This document shows positions 31,849 through 41,378 of a DNA stretch of 49,222 nucleotides, one piece after another. The translations under genes and the position numbers were made by a program. The stretch's first letter is position 1; each line of letters begins with the position of its first letter. Source of the DNA: a virus; IMG/VR virus record IMGVR_UViG_3300031553_000005, positions 1-49,222 of that record. One strand, written 5' to 3'. Under the pieces are notes generated by a model, which ran no database searches, was not told where the DNA came from, and was given only the letters and a program-made list of their open reading frames with translations.

Positions 31849-33267
31849 ATGGCCGAACACATACAGGTAGTGACCAACCTCTCCGGTCCGATCCGTCGTG
31901 AGAAGTACATGGGCCGTGAACACGTTGTGGTCTCTGCGGTGCTCGTGAAAGGCATGGTACTCCACAACAACCTGGGCCGCACCTATCTGCCCCCCGAGGA
32001 CATCACCCCTGAATGGGCGGAAACGGCCAACGGAGCACCGGCGGTCTCCGATCATCCCAACCGTTCCGCCCGCAATCCCGACGTGCTGAACAAGATGGGT
32101 GTGGGCTTCCTCTACCGGGCCCGGGCGCAGAACGGGGCGCTCAAGGCCGACGTGTTCATCGATCCGGATCGCACCAGTGAAGTGGAGGACTTGGGTGTCA
32201 TTCTCGCCAAGCTGGACAAGGACGAGAAGGTGGAAGTCTCTACCGGGTTTCCAGTGACCCTCGAAGAGTCCTCGGGTGTGCTGAACGGAGAAGAATACGA
32301 CAAGATCATCCACCCCGCCGGGTTCGACCATCTCGCGATATTCGCAGAGAACGTTGGAGCCTGTTCGGTGGATGACGGATGCGGACTGGCACAGAACAAG
32401 GACGACCTGCCGGATCCACCCGATTCCCCCGAGGCCGTTGCCGAGTCTTCAGCCTGGAAGACATTCCTGCAGAAAGCCGCTCGATTCCTCGGCTTCCATC
32501 CATCGGACAACGAATCCGACGAGGACCGCAAGGAGCTTCTACGCAGTGCCCTGGTGGAGCGATTCGGGGCAGACGACCGGTATCTCTGGGTCGATTCAAT
32601 CTACAGCGAGGACGGGTTGGTAGTGTTCGAAGTAGAAAGTCGTAGTGGAGGTGATTCGGGGCTCTTCCGGGTGACCTTCGAGGTCGATGAAGCAGGGACC
32701 GTGACGTTGGGAGAGCCCGAAGAAGTCCGTCGGGTCACCACGTTCGAGCCCGTGGCCAACGCCGCGGAAACACCCCAAGACAAGGGGAGCAACATGAACA
32801 GGGACGAGATGATCGCACAGCTGGTCAAAGCCGGCCCGCTCGAGAAGGAGGCGCTGGAGAAGCTGAGCGATTGTCAGCTCGTAGCGCTTTCCGGGGCAGG
32901 CGAGGTGGAGGGCGTCGAAGAGGGCGATACCCTCGCGTGGCAGAAGGTCCGCGAGTGGAGGGAGAAGTTCGAGTCGCTCGATGCCGAGACCAAGAACGCG
33001 CGTCAGGCCGAGGAGAAGGAGCGGACCGGTCTTCTGGACGACCTGCTCTACAACTCCAAGCAGCTGCCGTGGTCGGAGACCGAGATCCGGGGCATGGACA
33101 TCGTGCAGCTCCGCAAGGTCCACAAGACCGTGTTCCCGAAGCGTGCCGACTTCAGCGGTCGGGGCGTGCCGGCCAGTGAGACGGGCTCCTACGACTTCGT
33201 GCATCCGATCATGGACGGGCCGGCAGGTGCTTCCGTCCTCGACGGTGACCGGAAGGGGGTCAACTAA
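31849..33267 (+). CDS. Prohead protease/scaffold fusion (DUF2213-like N-terminus, acidic helical C-terminus)
   Basis: Lies between Mu F-like and capsid genes. N-terminus ...GREHVVVSAVLVKGMVLHNN...WAETANGAPAVSDHP. The C-terminal half is coiled and acidic. Confidence 0.55.
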   Translation: MAEHIQVVTNLSGPIRREKYMGREHVVVSAVLVKGMVLHNNLGRTYLPPEDITPEWAETANGAPAVSDHPNRSARNPDVLNKMGVGFLYRARAQNGALKADVFIDPDRTSEVEDLGVILAKLDKDEKVEVSTGFPVTLEESSGVLNGEEYDKIIHPAGFDHLAIFAENVGACSVDDGCGLAQNKDDLPDPPDSPEAVAESSAWKTFLQKAARFLGFHPSDNESDEDRKELLRSALVERFGADDRYLWVDSIYSEDGLVVFEVESRSGGDSGLFRVTFEVDEAGTVTLGEPEEVRRVTTFEPVANAAETPQDKGSNMNRDEMIAQLVKAGPLEKEALEKLSDCQLVALSGAGEVEGVEEGDTLAWQKVREWREKFESLDAETKNARQAEEKERTGLLDDLLYNSKQLPWSETEIRGMDIVQLRKVHKTVFPKRADFSGRGVPASETGSYDFVHPIMDGPAGASVLDGDRKGVN

Positions 33268-33701
33268 TGGCGCGGAACACGATCCTACTCAGGGGCAAGG
33301 CGCGTGAAGAAGGCCGCCTGGCGGATTGCTACGTGCTCACGCCCGGGATGCTCGTGGAGCTGGCAGATGCCGGCACGGTCATCCCCCATACCACCGACGG
33401 TGGTCAGGCAGCGCCCATCTTCGTGCGCGAACAGTGGGAGAACGACGGCGCCGACATCGACGACGACATCGCCCTCGATGACGAAGCCATCCTCATCTTC
33501 CCCGAGATGGGAGCGAAGATCAACGCTTACACCTCCGACACGATCGAAGAAGGCGACACGGTCTGTTCGGACGGAGAGGGCGGTGTGCGGCTGGCCGATT
33601 CCGGCGATTACGTGATCGGGACCGCCGCAGAGGACTCAGACCTCACTGGCACCAACGGTCGCGTCGAGATCTATGTCTGGCCGCTCGGCGTGTCGGCCTA
33701 A
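33267..33701 (+). CDS. DUF2190-like head decoration protein candidate
   Basis: 144 aa directly upstream of the major capsid gene; TAATG overlap. Confidence 0.5.
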   Translation: MARNTILLRGKAREEGRLADCYVLTPGMLVELADAGTVIPHTTDGGQAAPIFVREQWENDGADIDDDIALDDEAILIFPEMGAKINAYTSDTIEEGDTVCSDGEGGVRLADSGDYVIGTAAEDSDLTGTNGRVEIYVWPLGVSA

Positions 33702-33719
33702 CAGGAGGAGAGAGGAACC

Positions 33720-34745
33720 ATGACAAACCAGACTCTTGGCGGGCCGATCATCACCAAGATCCCTCGCAACTTCATCCGTAACGGGGTGGTCGACCGTCGC
33801 GCGATGTATCAGGAACTCGTGGAGAACGAGGTTCTGCGCGAGGACGAGACCCGAGAGATCGAGGAGGCACTCACCCGCGTGGCAAGGCGCGACCTGGTGG
33901 CCGTGGCCGACCTGCGTCAGATGGGACTCACGGTGAACCTGCGAAACATCGGGGTGACCACCTACGAGTTCGACCGCGTCACGCCCGTAGGTGAGGCGAC
34001 GCAGTCGATGTCCATCCTCAACCTCGGCGACAGGGACCTGGTCACCTTCGCCCGCACGGCGATCCCCGTACCGGTGACTGCCTCGCAGTTCGAGCTCGAC
34101 GCCCGTAGGGCCGCTGCCGGGACTACGCTCGGTGAACCCGTGAGCCTCACGAACGTCGAGGAGCACACCCGAGCCGTGGCGGAGAAGCTGGAGGACACGC
34201 TGGTGAACGGCTCCGATGTGGTGCTGGGCTCGAACGATCTGCCCGGCTACACCAACTTCACGAGCCGTGAGCAGCTGTCCTTCTCGGACGTGGCCTGGAA
34301 CGATATCTCGGGTGCTCCCGAAGCGGCCGTGATCGATGTGCTGGCCATGCGGGCGGCGCTTCGGGAAAACGGTTACACCGGACCCTACATCGTCTATGTC
34401 CCGAGTAACTTCGACGGGACGATCGACGAGGACTACAAGTCCGAGAGCGACCGGACGCTGCGGGAACGGTTGATGTCCATCAACGGAGTCGAGCAGGTGA
34501 AGGTGCTGCCCTCCCTGGCCGACGACAACGTCCTGATGGTGCAGATGACCCGGTCGGTCGTGCAAACAGCGATCGGGCAGGACATCACCACCGTGACCTG
34601 GGACATGATGGGCGGGCTCGCGAACTACTGGGCCATCCTCGCGGTGATGACGTTTGCCCTCAAGGTCAGTGCGGCTCGCGCCCCGCTGTCCTCGGGCACA
34701 CTGCCATCTCTGACGACGGCCAGCGGTATCGCACACCTGGCCTAA
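33720..34745 (+). CDS. Major capsid protein (HK97 fold, encapsulin/linocin-like family)
   Basis: Strong SD AGGAGGAGAGAGG; 341 aa; synteny and family-like segments (NLGDRDLVTFARTAIPVPV..., YIVYVPSNF..., LMVQMTRSVVQ...). Confidence 0.75.
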   Translation: MTNQTLGGPIITKIPRNFIRNGVVDRRAMYQELVENEVLREDETREIEEALTRVARRDLVAVADLRQMGLTVNLRNIGVTTYEFDRVTPVGEATQSMSILNLGDRDLVTFARTAIPVPVTASQFELDARRAAAGTTLGEPVSLTNVEEHTRAVAEKLEDTLVNGSDVVLGSNDLPGYTNFTSREQLSFSDVAWNDISGAPEAAVIDVLAMRAALRENGYTGPYIVYVPSNFDGTIDEDYKSESDRTLRERLMSINGVEQVKVLPSLADDNVLMVQMTRSVVQTAIGQDITTVTWDMMGGLANYWAILAVMTFALKVSAARAPLSSGTLPSLTTASGIAHLA

Positions 34746-34771
34746 CCGCCAGGTATGGAAGCGACCGAAGG

Positions 34772-34798
34772 GGCACCGGGGCAGGTATGCCCGGTGCC
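34772..34798 (+). terminator. 9-bp GC hairpin after the capsid gene (partial terminator or RNA-stabilising element)
   Basis: GGCACCGGG gcaggtatg CCCGGTGCC; no clear T tract. Confidence 0.35.
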
Positions 34799-34825
34799 GA
34801 GGTATAACCCAAGTCGGAGAGAGAG

Positions 34826-35266
34826 ATGCCACAGACACTGGAGCAGGCACAGGCCCAGCGCATACAGGATGTCGAGTCCAACCGTGGGGTGGGCGTAATC
34901 CCCTACAAGTCGGGCGAGGAACAGTCCGACCGGATCTTCGAGGTGGTCGAGGGCTACAAGCATCTACCAGGCGGAATCCGCCTGGGACCGGGGCAGCGGT
35001 TCCACCCGACCGTCAAGCAGGTCAGAACCGGAGCCCTCAGGGGCAAGGCGCGTGAACTCACCCGGGATGAGCACCGGAGCATGACCGGTAAGGTCTTTTC
35101 CGGGGCCGACATCGGTATCCGGGCGCTCCCCATGGCCGATACCACCCGGGAGATGGCCCTCAAGGCGGGTCTGAGGGAGTCCGACTTCGAAGGCATCGAG
35201 CCGGGCTTCGAGGGCCGCTTCACGCGCAGCCAGGTGCAGAGGATCATCGACGGCAAGGATGCGTGA
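34826..35266 (+). CDS. Hypothetical structural-module protein
   Basis: 146 aa; GGAGAGAGAG upstream. Confidence 0.5.
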   Translation: MPQTLEQAQAQRIQDVESNRGVGVIPYKSGEEQSDRIFEVVEGYKHLPGGIRLGPGQRFHPTVKQVRTGALRGKARELTRDEHRSMTGKVFSGADIGIRALPMADTTREMALKAGLRESDFEGIEPGFEGRFTRSQVQRIIDGKDA

Positions 35267-35553
35267 TGAAGCCGGGCATCTACCGCAACCGGGGGGCCGG
35301 ATGGATGCGGTCCGATGGGACACGTGTCGAGCGGGGCGATGAGTTCGTCCCGACCGAGGAAGAGCTCCGTCGCCGAGCCTACAAGCTCCGATATGTCGGC
35401 CCTGCAGACGAGTTCGCCCATGAGCCCCCATACGCCCCCCCGAACGGTGGAAACGTAGAGGACTATTCTCTCGGCGGTGGCTGGTACATGGTCGGAGGGG
35501 TGAAGGTGCAGGGGCGGGAAAGGGCAGAGGAACTGCTCCATGGCCAGGACTGA
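35263..35553 (+). CDS. Hypothetical protein with C-terminal GGGWY motif
   Basis: LGGGWYMVGGVKVQGRERAEELL resembles the portal N-terminus RGGGWYQLPDGSKVKGRQAALRA. Confidence 0.5.
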   Translation: MMKPGIYRNRGAGWMRSDGTRVERGDEFVPTEEELRRRAYKLRYVGPADEFAHEPPYAPPNGGNVEDYSLGGGWYMVGGVKVQGRERAEELLHGQD

Positions 35554-35911
35554 CGAGACGCTCGTTGCAACGGTCATCGAGACCAGCCTCACCTCCGAAC
35601 AGATCAACGCTTTCATCGATAGCGCTTCTCTGTGGGTGGATGGAAACCTGGTAGGTCGGGGGCTATCTGCGAGTCTGCTTGCAGAGATCGAGAAGTACTT
35701 GGCCTGCCACCTCATCACGCTGCGGGATCCCAGGCTGAGCAGTACCAAGGTGAGTGATGTGGCCGAGACCTACCAGCGTGACACCCAGATTACCGAATAC
35801 CTGAAGGCCGCGGCCGCGCTTGACCCGACAGGGCGGGTGCGTGAGGACTTCATGACTCCTGCCAATACCCGGCGGTTCAGCGCCTTGGCGGGTACGGGAT
35901 ACGACTCGTGA
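35540..35911 (+). CDS. Head-tail connector/adaptor candidate (gp6-like)
   Basis: 123 aa; position and size. Confidence 0.45.
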   Translation: MARTDETLVATVIETSLTSEQINAFIDSASLWVDGNLVGRGLSASLLAEIEKYLACHLITLRDPRLSSTKVSDVAETYQRDTQITEYLKAAAALDPTGRVREDFMTPANTRRFSALAGTGYDS

Positions 35912-36237
35912 CCATCACGCTCTCACGTCGCGTGAGCCTGGAGACCGTCGGGATTGAGGTCTATGGCGGACGAGACGGACAGGGCATGGCCGAATATGAA
36001 ACCGAGCAGGAGATCGAGGCCCGGGTAGTACGGGAAGATGCCGTTGTCGTCGGAAGTGACGGCACGGACGTGAAGACCAGCCTGACACTCTGGGTGCCGG
36101 GTGATCAGAACCCGCTCCCCGGAGATCAGGACCGGATCACCTATGAGTCGGAGGCCTTCATCGTGATCGACCGCAAGGAAGCCAAGACCCTGGCCGGCGT
36201 GGTCGACCACGTGCGCGTGAGGTGCCGGGAGGCGTGA
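35908..36237 (+). CDS. Head-closure protein candidate
   Basis: GTGA overlap; 109 aa; position. Confidence 0.4.
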   Translation: MTITLSRRVSLETVGIEVYGGRDGQGMAEYETEQEIEARVVREDAVVVGSDGTDVKTSLTLWVPGDQNPLPGDQDRITYESEAFIVIDRKEAKTLAGVVDHVRVRCREA

Positions 36238-36644
36238 TGGGCAAGACCACCGACAGCTTCGACCACCTGCGCCGGAAGATCGACGCCCTAAGCCGGAGCG
36301 GCCCCCAGATCCTGGATCCGGGCCTCAGGATGATCGGCGAGGAAATCATGACGGACGTGAAGGCCTCGCGCCCGGGCAGGGGAGTGCCCAGGGATGAGGG
36401 CACCCTTGCGAACTCAGGGATTGTGGAGGGTCCGGTCAATCACGTGGTGACGCTCTCTTTCGGGGGCGCTGCCGAGAAGTATGCGCTCGTCCAGCACGAG
36501 CGGCTGGACTTTCACCACACCCTGGGCGAGGCCCGCTACCTGGTGCGTGGAGTGGAACGCTGGAGACCGAATCAGGGTGCAGCGCTCGCAACACTCCAGC
36601 TGGAGGCCATCAAGGCCGTCATGGAAGCGAGGAAGGTGCCCTGA
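36237..36644 (+). CDS. HK97 gp10-like tail-completion/neck protein
   Basis: RPGRGVPRDEGTLANSG matches the gp10-family (V)P(x)DTG(x)L(x)xS pattern. Confidence 0.5.
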   Translation: MGKTTDSFDHLRRKIDALSRSGPQILDPGLRMIGEEIMTDVKASRPGRGVPRDEGTLANSGIVEGPVNHVVTLSFGGAAEKYALVQHERLDFHHTLGEARYLVRGVERWRPNQGAALATLQLEAIKAVMEARKVP

Positions 36645-37060
36645 TGGGCGTGGTGGAAGACGTACAGTCTTACCTCGTCTCGGAAGGAGTCGTAGACGGG
36701 TCTACCGACTGGCCCTCAGTGCGACGCAACCGCCACGACGACAGCGACCGTCTGGTGGTGATCACCGAGGACGGGGGACCGGCCCCGCAGATCGCTCGCG
36801 ACGAGGGGATCGGCGATGCGGCGGTGAAGGATTGTGGGGTCCACATCCTGGTACGGGCCGAGCGCCAGAATGGGGACGCCGCCTATGAGAAGGCCCGGGA
36901 GATCATGGACGCCCTGCACGGATTGGCCGGGGAAGAGCTCGGAAGCACCGAGTACATCCGGGTGATGGCACTCACAAGCGAGCCGGTCTTCTTGCGGGAT
37001 GAGACCGAGAGGCCGCTGTTCACGATCGCGTTTCGACTGATGGCGCCTGTGGGCGCATAG
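36644..37060 (+). CDS. Tail terminator candidate
   Basis: 138 aa directly upstream of the tube gene. Confidence 0.4.
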   Translation: MGVVEDVQSYLVSEGVVDGSTDWPSVRRNRHDDSDRLVVITEDGGPAPQIARDEGIGDAAVKDCGVHILVRAERQNGDAAYEKAREIMDALHGLAGEELGSTEYIRVMALTSEPVFLRDETERPLFTIAFRLMAPVGA

Positions 37061-37069
37061 GAGGTCACG

Positions 37070-37495
37070 ATGGGATACATCGCACACGGCACCGCGTACT
37101 CATTCAACAGCGTCGAGGTCGGGGGCCTGATATCCATAACTCCCGGAGGACGGACCAAGGGAGATGTGAAGACCAGCGACAACGACAGCGAGTTCGACGA
37201 GGAGTACGTCCCCGGCATCCGCGAAGGCGGCACACTTACTCTAGAGATGATGCACGAGCCGCTCGATACGGGGCAACAGGAACTGGCTGCCAACTATGAG
37301 GCGGATCGCGAAGTGGTCGAGAACATCATCACGCTTCCCGAGGGGGCAAGCGCCGGGAGTGGACAGACCACGTTCACCTTCGACGGCTATGTGAATGACA
37401 TGACTCCGCCGACCCTGCCGCTGAACTCCAATGATCCCGCCACCCGCAGTGTGGTCATCAAGGTGGCCGGACCTATCACGGAGGTGGCGACCTGA
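37070..37495 (+). CDS. Major tail tube protein
   Basis: GGAGG SD; 141 aa; immediately upstream of the G/GT chaperone pair and tape measure. Confidence 0.6.
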   Translation: MGYIAHGTAYSFNSVEVGGLISITPGGRTKGDVKTSDNDSEFDEEYVPGIREGGTLTLEMMHEPLDTGQQELAANYEADREVVENIITLPEGASAGSGQTTFTFDGYVNDMTPPTLPLNSNDPATRSVVIKVAGPITEVAT

Positions 37496-37848
37496 TGCCG
37501 CCCCTGAATGGAATACGCATCGAGCTGGGCGGCAAGGATCGGGTGCTGCGCTTCACCAACCGCTCCCGGGCCCGCCTGGAGACCGCCTTCGGACTCACGC
37601 TCAGCCAGGCGGCGATGCAGGGAGGACTCCAGAACAGCATCCTGGCCATCTCCCGCATGCTCTGGGCGGCCCTTCTCCACGAGGAGCCAGACCTACAGGT
37701 CGACCAGTGCATCGACCTGATCGATGCCTACCGGGAGAAGGATATCTGTGACGCCCTGGGAAGCGCGATGCTGCAGTACTTCGGGATTGATGAGGAAGAC
37801 TTAAAGGAGCAGCCCGAAGAGGGAAAAGCGGAAACGGCCACGGACTGA
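37495..37848 (+). CDS. Tail assembly chaperone (gpG-like)
   Basis: Position before the tape measure; acidic C-terminus; contains the slippery site. Confidence 0.7.
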   Translation: MPPLNGIRIELGGKDRVLRFTNRSRARLETAFGLTLSQAAMQGGLQNSILAISRMLWAALLHEEPDLQVDQCIDLIDAYREKDICDALGSAMLQYFGIDEEDLKEQPEEGKAETATD

Positions 37849-38150
37849 CACTCGAGGAGATGTGGTGTCATGCCGTGGCGGCGGGGATATCCGATGAGCT
37901 GTTCTGGAATTGCACGCTGGGCGAGGTGGCCATGCTGTACGAGCGCATTATCGATGAGCAGGTCGAGGCCGAACGTCGTGCCGTCCTCCGCGCCGGACTG
38001 ATAGCGTCTGCGACCTACAACGCTCGGGCAGGGAAAGTGGTGTGTCGCCCCGAAGACTTCCTGGCTCAACCCACCCGTGAAATAACTCCCGGACAGATGG
38101 CCGATGTTCTACGTGGCTGGGCCGGTGGTCGGCTAAGGAAGGCGAACTGA
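37495..38150 (+). CDS. gpGT-like frameshift fusion product (37495..37827 joined to 37827..38150)
   Basis: -1 slip at GGGAAAA gives ...EEGKSGNGHGLTLEEMWCHAVAAG...; classical siphovirus arrangement. Confidence 0.6.
37821..37827 (+). promoter_or_regulatory. Programmed -1 ribosomal frameshift slippery heptamer G GGA AAA
   Basis: In the zero frame reads gaG GGA AAA gcg. The -1 frame from 37821 is open and runs into ORF 37860..38150. Confidence 0.7.
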
Positions 38151-40147
38151 TGGCCGGGACCACCGTTCTGCACCGCGCCGCCATCGAACTCTACGGCGAC
38201 GACAAGAAGCTGATCTCGGGGATGGCCTCAGCCAGGCGGATGACCCAGGAGTCCGGCAAGGAGCTGGAGAAGGTCGCCGACGACGTCTCGAAGAAGTTCG
38301 ATGTCGTCGGCCAGCACCTGACCAACGTCGGGGCCGGTCTTACTGCGGGTGTCACGCTTCCCATCATGGCCGCCGGCGTACTCGTCACCGTTGCTGCCGA
38401 TCGGCAGATCCAGGCGGAGACCCGGCTGACGGCAGCCATTGCCGCGGCGGGTGGACAGGTCGACAAGGAGCTGTCCAGGTTTAAGGCCTATGCTGCCGGC
38501 TTGCAGGAGGTCACGATCGTCGGGGATGAAGCCACCCTGGCGAATATCCAGGTCGCCCGGAGTATGGGTCTGGGGGCGGACGGTTCGGCCCGTGCGGCCA
38601 AGAACGCAGTCGCCCTGGCAGCCGCTTTCGGAATCAATGAGCGCTCTGCGATTCGGTATACAGCGGCCCTGGAGCAGGGCGATACCACGATGCTCAACCG
38701 CTACATCCCGACGCTGAGGAACATCGAAGACCAGGGCAAGCGGGTGGCGGAGGCCCAGAAGATCCTCGCCGGCGCCTTCGATGTGGCGAAGGCCTCGGCC
38801 GAGAGGGGTTCAGGACCGCTCAAGCAGTTCCGAAACGACCTCGGGGATCTCCAGGAGCAATTCGGGACCATAGTCTTTGATGGCATCAACCCCTTCATCC
38901 AGGAACTACGGAAAGGTGTAAAGGCCCTTCAGGATATCCCCGAGCCCACCAAGCGGGTGATCGTCGGCGTGGCCGGGCTGGCCGCCACGATAGGCCCCGC
39001 ACTGATCGGGGTGGGTCTGTTCACCAAGGCCCTGCGGCAGTGGCCGACGTTGCTCTATCACGTCGATAAGGCCCTGATTGGGCTGAAGACTACCAGCGGC
39101 GGCACGCTGCTCCTGTTGGCGGTGGCCGCTGCCGCCTATGCCAAGTTCGCTGCCGCCGCCAACAAGGCGGAAGCCGATATCGACGAGTCGACCGACGCCA
39201 TCATCCGGGCCTCGGAAGCGCTCGATCCGTGGATGGATAAGATCAACCGCCTGAAGACCGTCAATCACGAGGTGTTCCAGGACTTCAAGGCCAAGGTTCA
39301 GGAGCTGCGAGCCGGTGGTATGGAGACCTCTGAGGCCTGGGTGAAGGCGTGGAAGGAAGTCGGGGCCGCCACCATTCTGGCAGCTGCTGATGTTGAAAAG
39401 GCTGCCAAGCAGATGGAGCGGTCGCGGCAGCACGCCGAGAATTATGCAGAGATGCTGCTGGTCGCCGCCGAGAACACCAAGATTCTGGCCCGGCACTCCA
39501 AGGGGCTGCAGGAGGACCTACCCGACGCGATCGAGCTGCCCCCGGTCGACCCCGACGCCTATGTGAACAGTCTGCTACTGGTACGGGCCAATCAGGAGAC
39601 CTTGAAGCGGCACCTGCAGGAGGACATGGAGGATCTGCCCGACTACATCACGGTGCCCACCGAGAAGCTCGAGTCCAAGTTCAGCGACGCCGGCAAGGAG
39701 TCCGGCCGTGCTCTGGTCGAGGGGATCGTGAAGGGGGTCGGAGCCAACGAGCTCTGGGAGAGAGTCCTCAACATCTTCGAAGATAGGCTGCTCGGCGAGA
39801 TCTACAAAATGTTCAAGATCGCGTCCCCTTCGAAAGTCTTTGAACAGGTCGGAGGGAATCTCGTGCTGGGGCTAGAGCGTGGGATCGCCTCCGGGATGGG
39901 TGCAGCCGCGGCCGCCTTCGGGTCCATCATTCCCACTCAAGTAGCTATGAGTCCTGCTGCCATGTCCTCCCCGGCCTCCGGCATGGGAGGCGTGATGGTC
40001 CACCAGCAGATCCCGATCACGATCCAGGCCATCGACCGGCGCGATGTCGTGGCGTTCTTCGAGGAGAACAGAGGTCTGGTGGCGGCCTATGCGATGGAAG
40101 GCATCACCCATAGCGAGGGCGCCATGCGTGCGCTCAGGGGAGACTGA
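38150..40147 (+). CDS. Tape measure protein
   Basis: 665 aa, Ala-rich helical with hydrophobic segments (GAGLTAGVTLPIMAAGVLVTVAA, VIVGVAGLAATIGPALIGVGLF); position. Confidence 0.8.
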   Translation: MAGTTVLHRAAIELYGDDKKLISGMASARRMTQESGKELEKVADDVSKKFDVVGQHLTNVGAGLTAGVTLPIMAAGVLVTVAADRQIQAETRLTAAIAAAGGQVDKELSRFKAYAAGLQEVTIVGDEATLANIQVARSMGLGADGSARAAKNAVALAAAFGINERSAIRYTAALEQGDTTMLNRYIPTLRNIEDQGKRVAEAQKILAGAFDVAKASAERGSGPLKQFRNDLGDLQEQFGTIVFDGINPFIQELRKGVKALQDIPEPTKRVIVGVAGLAATIGPALIGVGLFTKALRQWPTLLYHVDKALIGLKTTSGGTLLLLAVAAAAYAKFAAAANKAEADIDESTDAIIRASEALDPWMDKINRLKTVNHEVFQDFKAKVQELRAGGMETSEAWVKAWKEVGAATILAAADVEKAAKQMERSRQHAENYAEMLLVAAENTKILARHSKGLQEDLPDAIELPPVDPDAYVNSLLLVRANQETLKRHLQEDMEDLPDYITVPTEKLESKFSDAGKESGRALVEGIVKGVGANELWERVLNIFEDRLLGEIYKMFKIASPSKVFEQVGGNLVLGLERGIASGMGAAAAAFGSIIPTQVAMSPAAMSSPASGMGGVMVHQQIPITIQAIDRRDVVAFFEENRGLVAAYAMEGITHSEGAMRALRGD

Positions 40148-40755
40148 TGCCGACCTGGCCTCGCACCATCATCCCCGTGAGTATGACGGTGCCTTCCTTC
40201 CCGGGTGGATTGGACTCCTGGGGGCAGTCCGGGAAAGGACAGTTCCGCTCCACCCTGGCAGTGGGCAGGGAGTGGGAAGAGACCTATCCGCCGCTTTACA
40301 CCCGAGCCGAGGACACCAAGGAGTTCCTGGCCACCATCAATGCCTACTGGCGCAACCGCACCGTCTTCGACATCGGGCACCGCTACTACCAGACCCAGAT
40401 GGGTGATGGGGGTGGAACCCCCAAGGTGGATGGTGCCGACCAGACAGGCTCGAGCCTTGACACGGACGGATGGCCGGCCAGCACGGAAGTCCTCAAGGCA
40501 GGGGACATCATCAAGGTCGCGGGTGTGCCCTACATCCTGGACGTGACCGAGGACGCGACGAGCGACAGCGATGGCAGCGCCACCCTCTCGATTTCACCCC
40601 CGATCTTCTCGGGCGGTTCCCCGGCCGAGGATGCGGCCATCACCTACACAGCTGTGACCTTCAAGTGTGTGCTCGCCAGGGCTCCGAACATCCCCCGCAG
40701 TGAACAATTCCTGGCCGGCCTGAGCCTGGTCTTCCGGGAGGTGATCTCGGTATGA
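40147..40755 (+). CDS. Minor/distal tail protein
   Basis: TGATG overlap; 202 aa; position after the tape measure. Confidence 0.5.
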   Translation: MPTWPRTIIPVSMTVPSFPGGLDSWGQSGKGQFRSTLAVGREWEETYPPLYTRAEDTKEFLATINAYWRNRTVFDIGHRYYQTQMGDGGGTPKVDGADQTGSSLDTDGWPASTEVLKAGDIIKVAGVPYILDVTEDATSDSDGSATLSISPPIFSGGSPAEDAAITYTAVTFKCVLARAPNIPRSEQFLAGLSLVFREVISV

Positions 40756-41378
40756 CCCGCTCGCTCGAAGCCGGCATGCTGTCCTCGATCGCCGCCCAGA
40801 GCGGCCGGGAGATCCTGCACCTGATCTCCATCGACCTGCCCACCGTGGGCACGCTCTACCTGTGCACGGCTCCCCATGACGTGGACTGGGATAGCGAGAC
40901 TTGGGAGGGTATCGGCGGCGCGATCGGCTTCGAGGGTGTGGCCGAGTCCGAGGATAAGAAATCCGGCAGAGTCAAAATCACGGTTAGCGGGGTTGACCAG
41001 GCGGTGCTTGCATCGCTGTTGACCTACAACATCCGGGGCCGGGTGGTCGAGCTTTACTATGCTCACCTCAACACGGAGACCGGGGCAATCGTCTCCGACC
41101 CCTTCCTGCTGTTCCAGGGTTACGCCAACGAGGGAATCCAGGTCGAGGAGATACGGGACACCCGAGGACGGGGCACGGTCGATATCAAGCTCACGGCTGT
41201 AGACCGGTTCATCTACATCGGTCGAGGAAGGGGCATCGAATGTAACACCGCCAGCCACCAGCGGCACTTCTCGGGCGATACCTTCTTCCAGCACGTGCCC
41301 AAGCTCATGGGCAAAACCATCGAGTGGCGAGGGACCCGAAAGCGGGGGATATCAGCCCTCACACCAGGGGAACACTGA
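40752..41378 (+). CDS. Minor tail protein (DUF2163-like)
   Basis: ATGA overlap; 208 aa; position. Confidence 0.45.
   Translation: MTRSLEAGMLSSIAAQSGREILHLISIDLPTVGTLYLCTAPHDVDWDSETWEGIGGAIGFEGVAESEDKKSGRVKITVSGVDQAVLASLLTYNIRGRVVELYYAHLNTETGAIVSDPFLLFQGYANEGIQVEEIRDTRGRGTVDIKLTAVDRFIYIGRGRGIECNTASHQRHFSGDTFFQHVPKLMGKTIEWRGTRKRGISALTPGEH

Noticed and set aside
37860-38150. Independent 96-aa gene after the tail chaperone
   Set aside because: There is no SD before its ATG, and it is in the -1 frame continuous with the GGGAAAA slippery site. It is better explained as the T part of a G/GT fusion.
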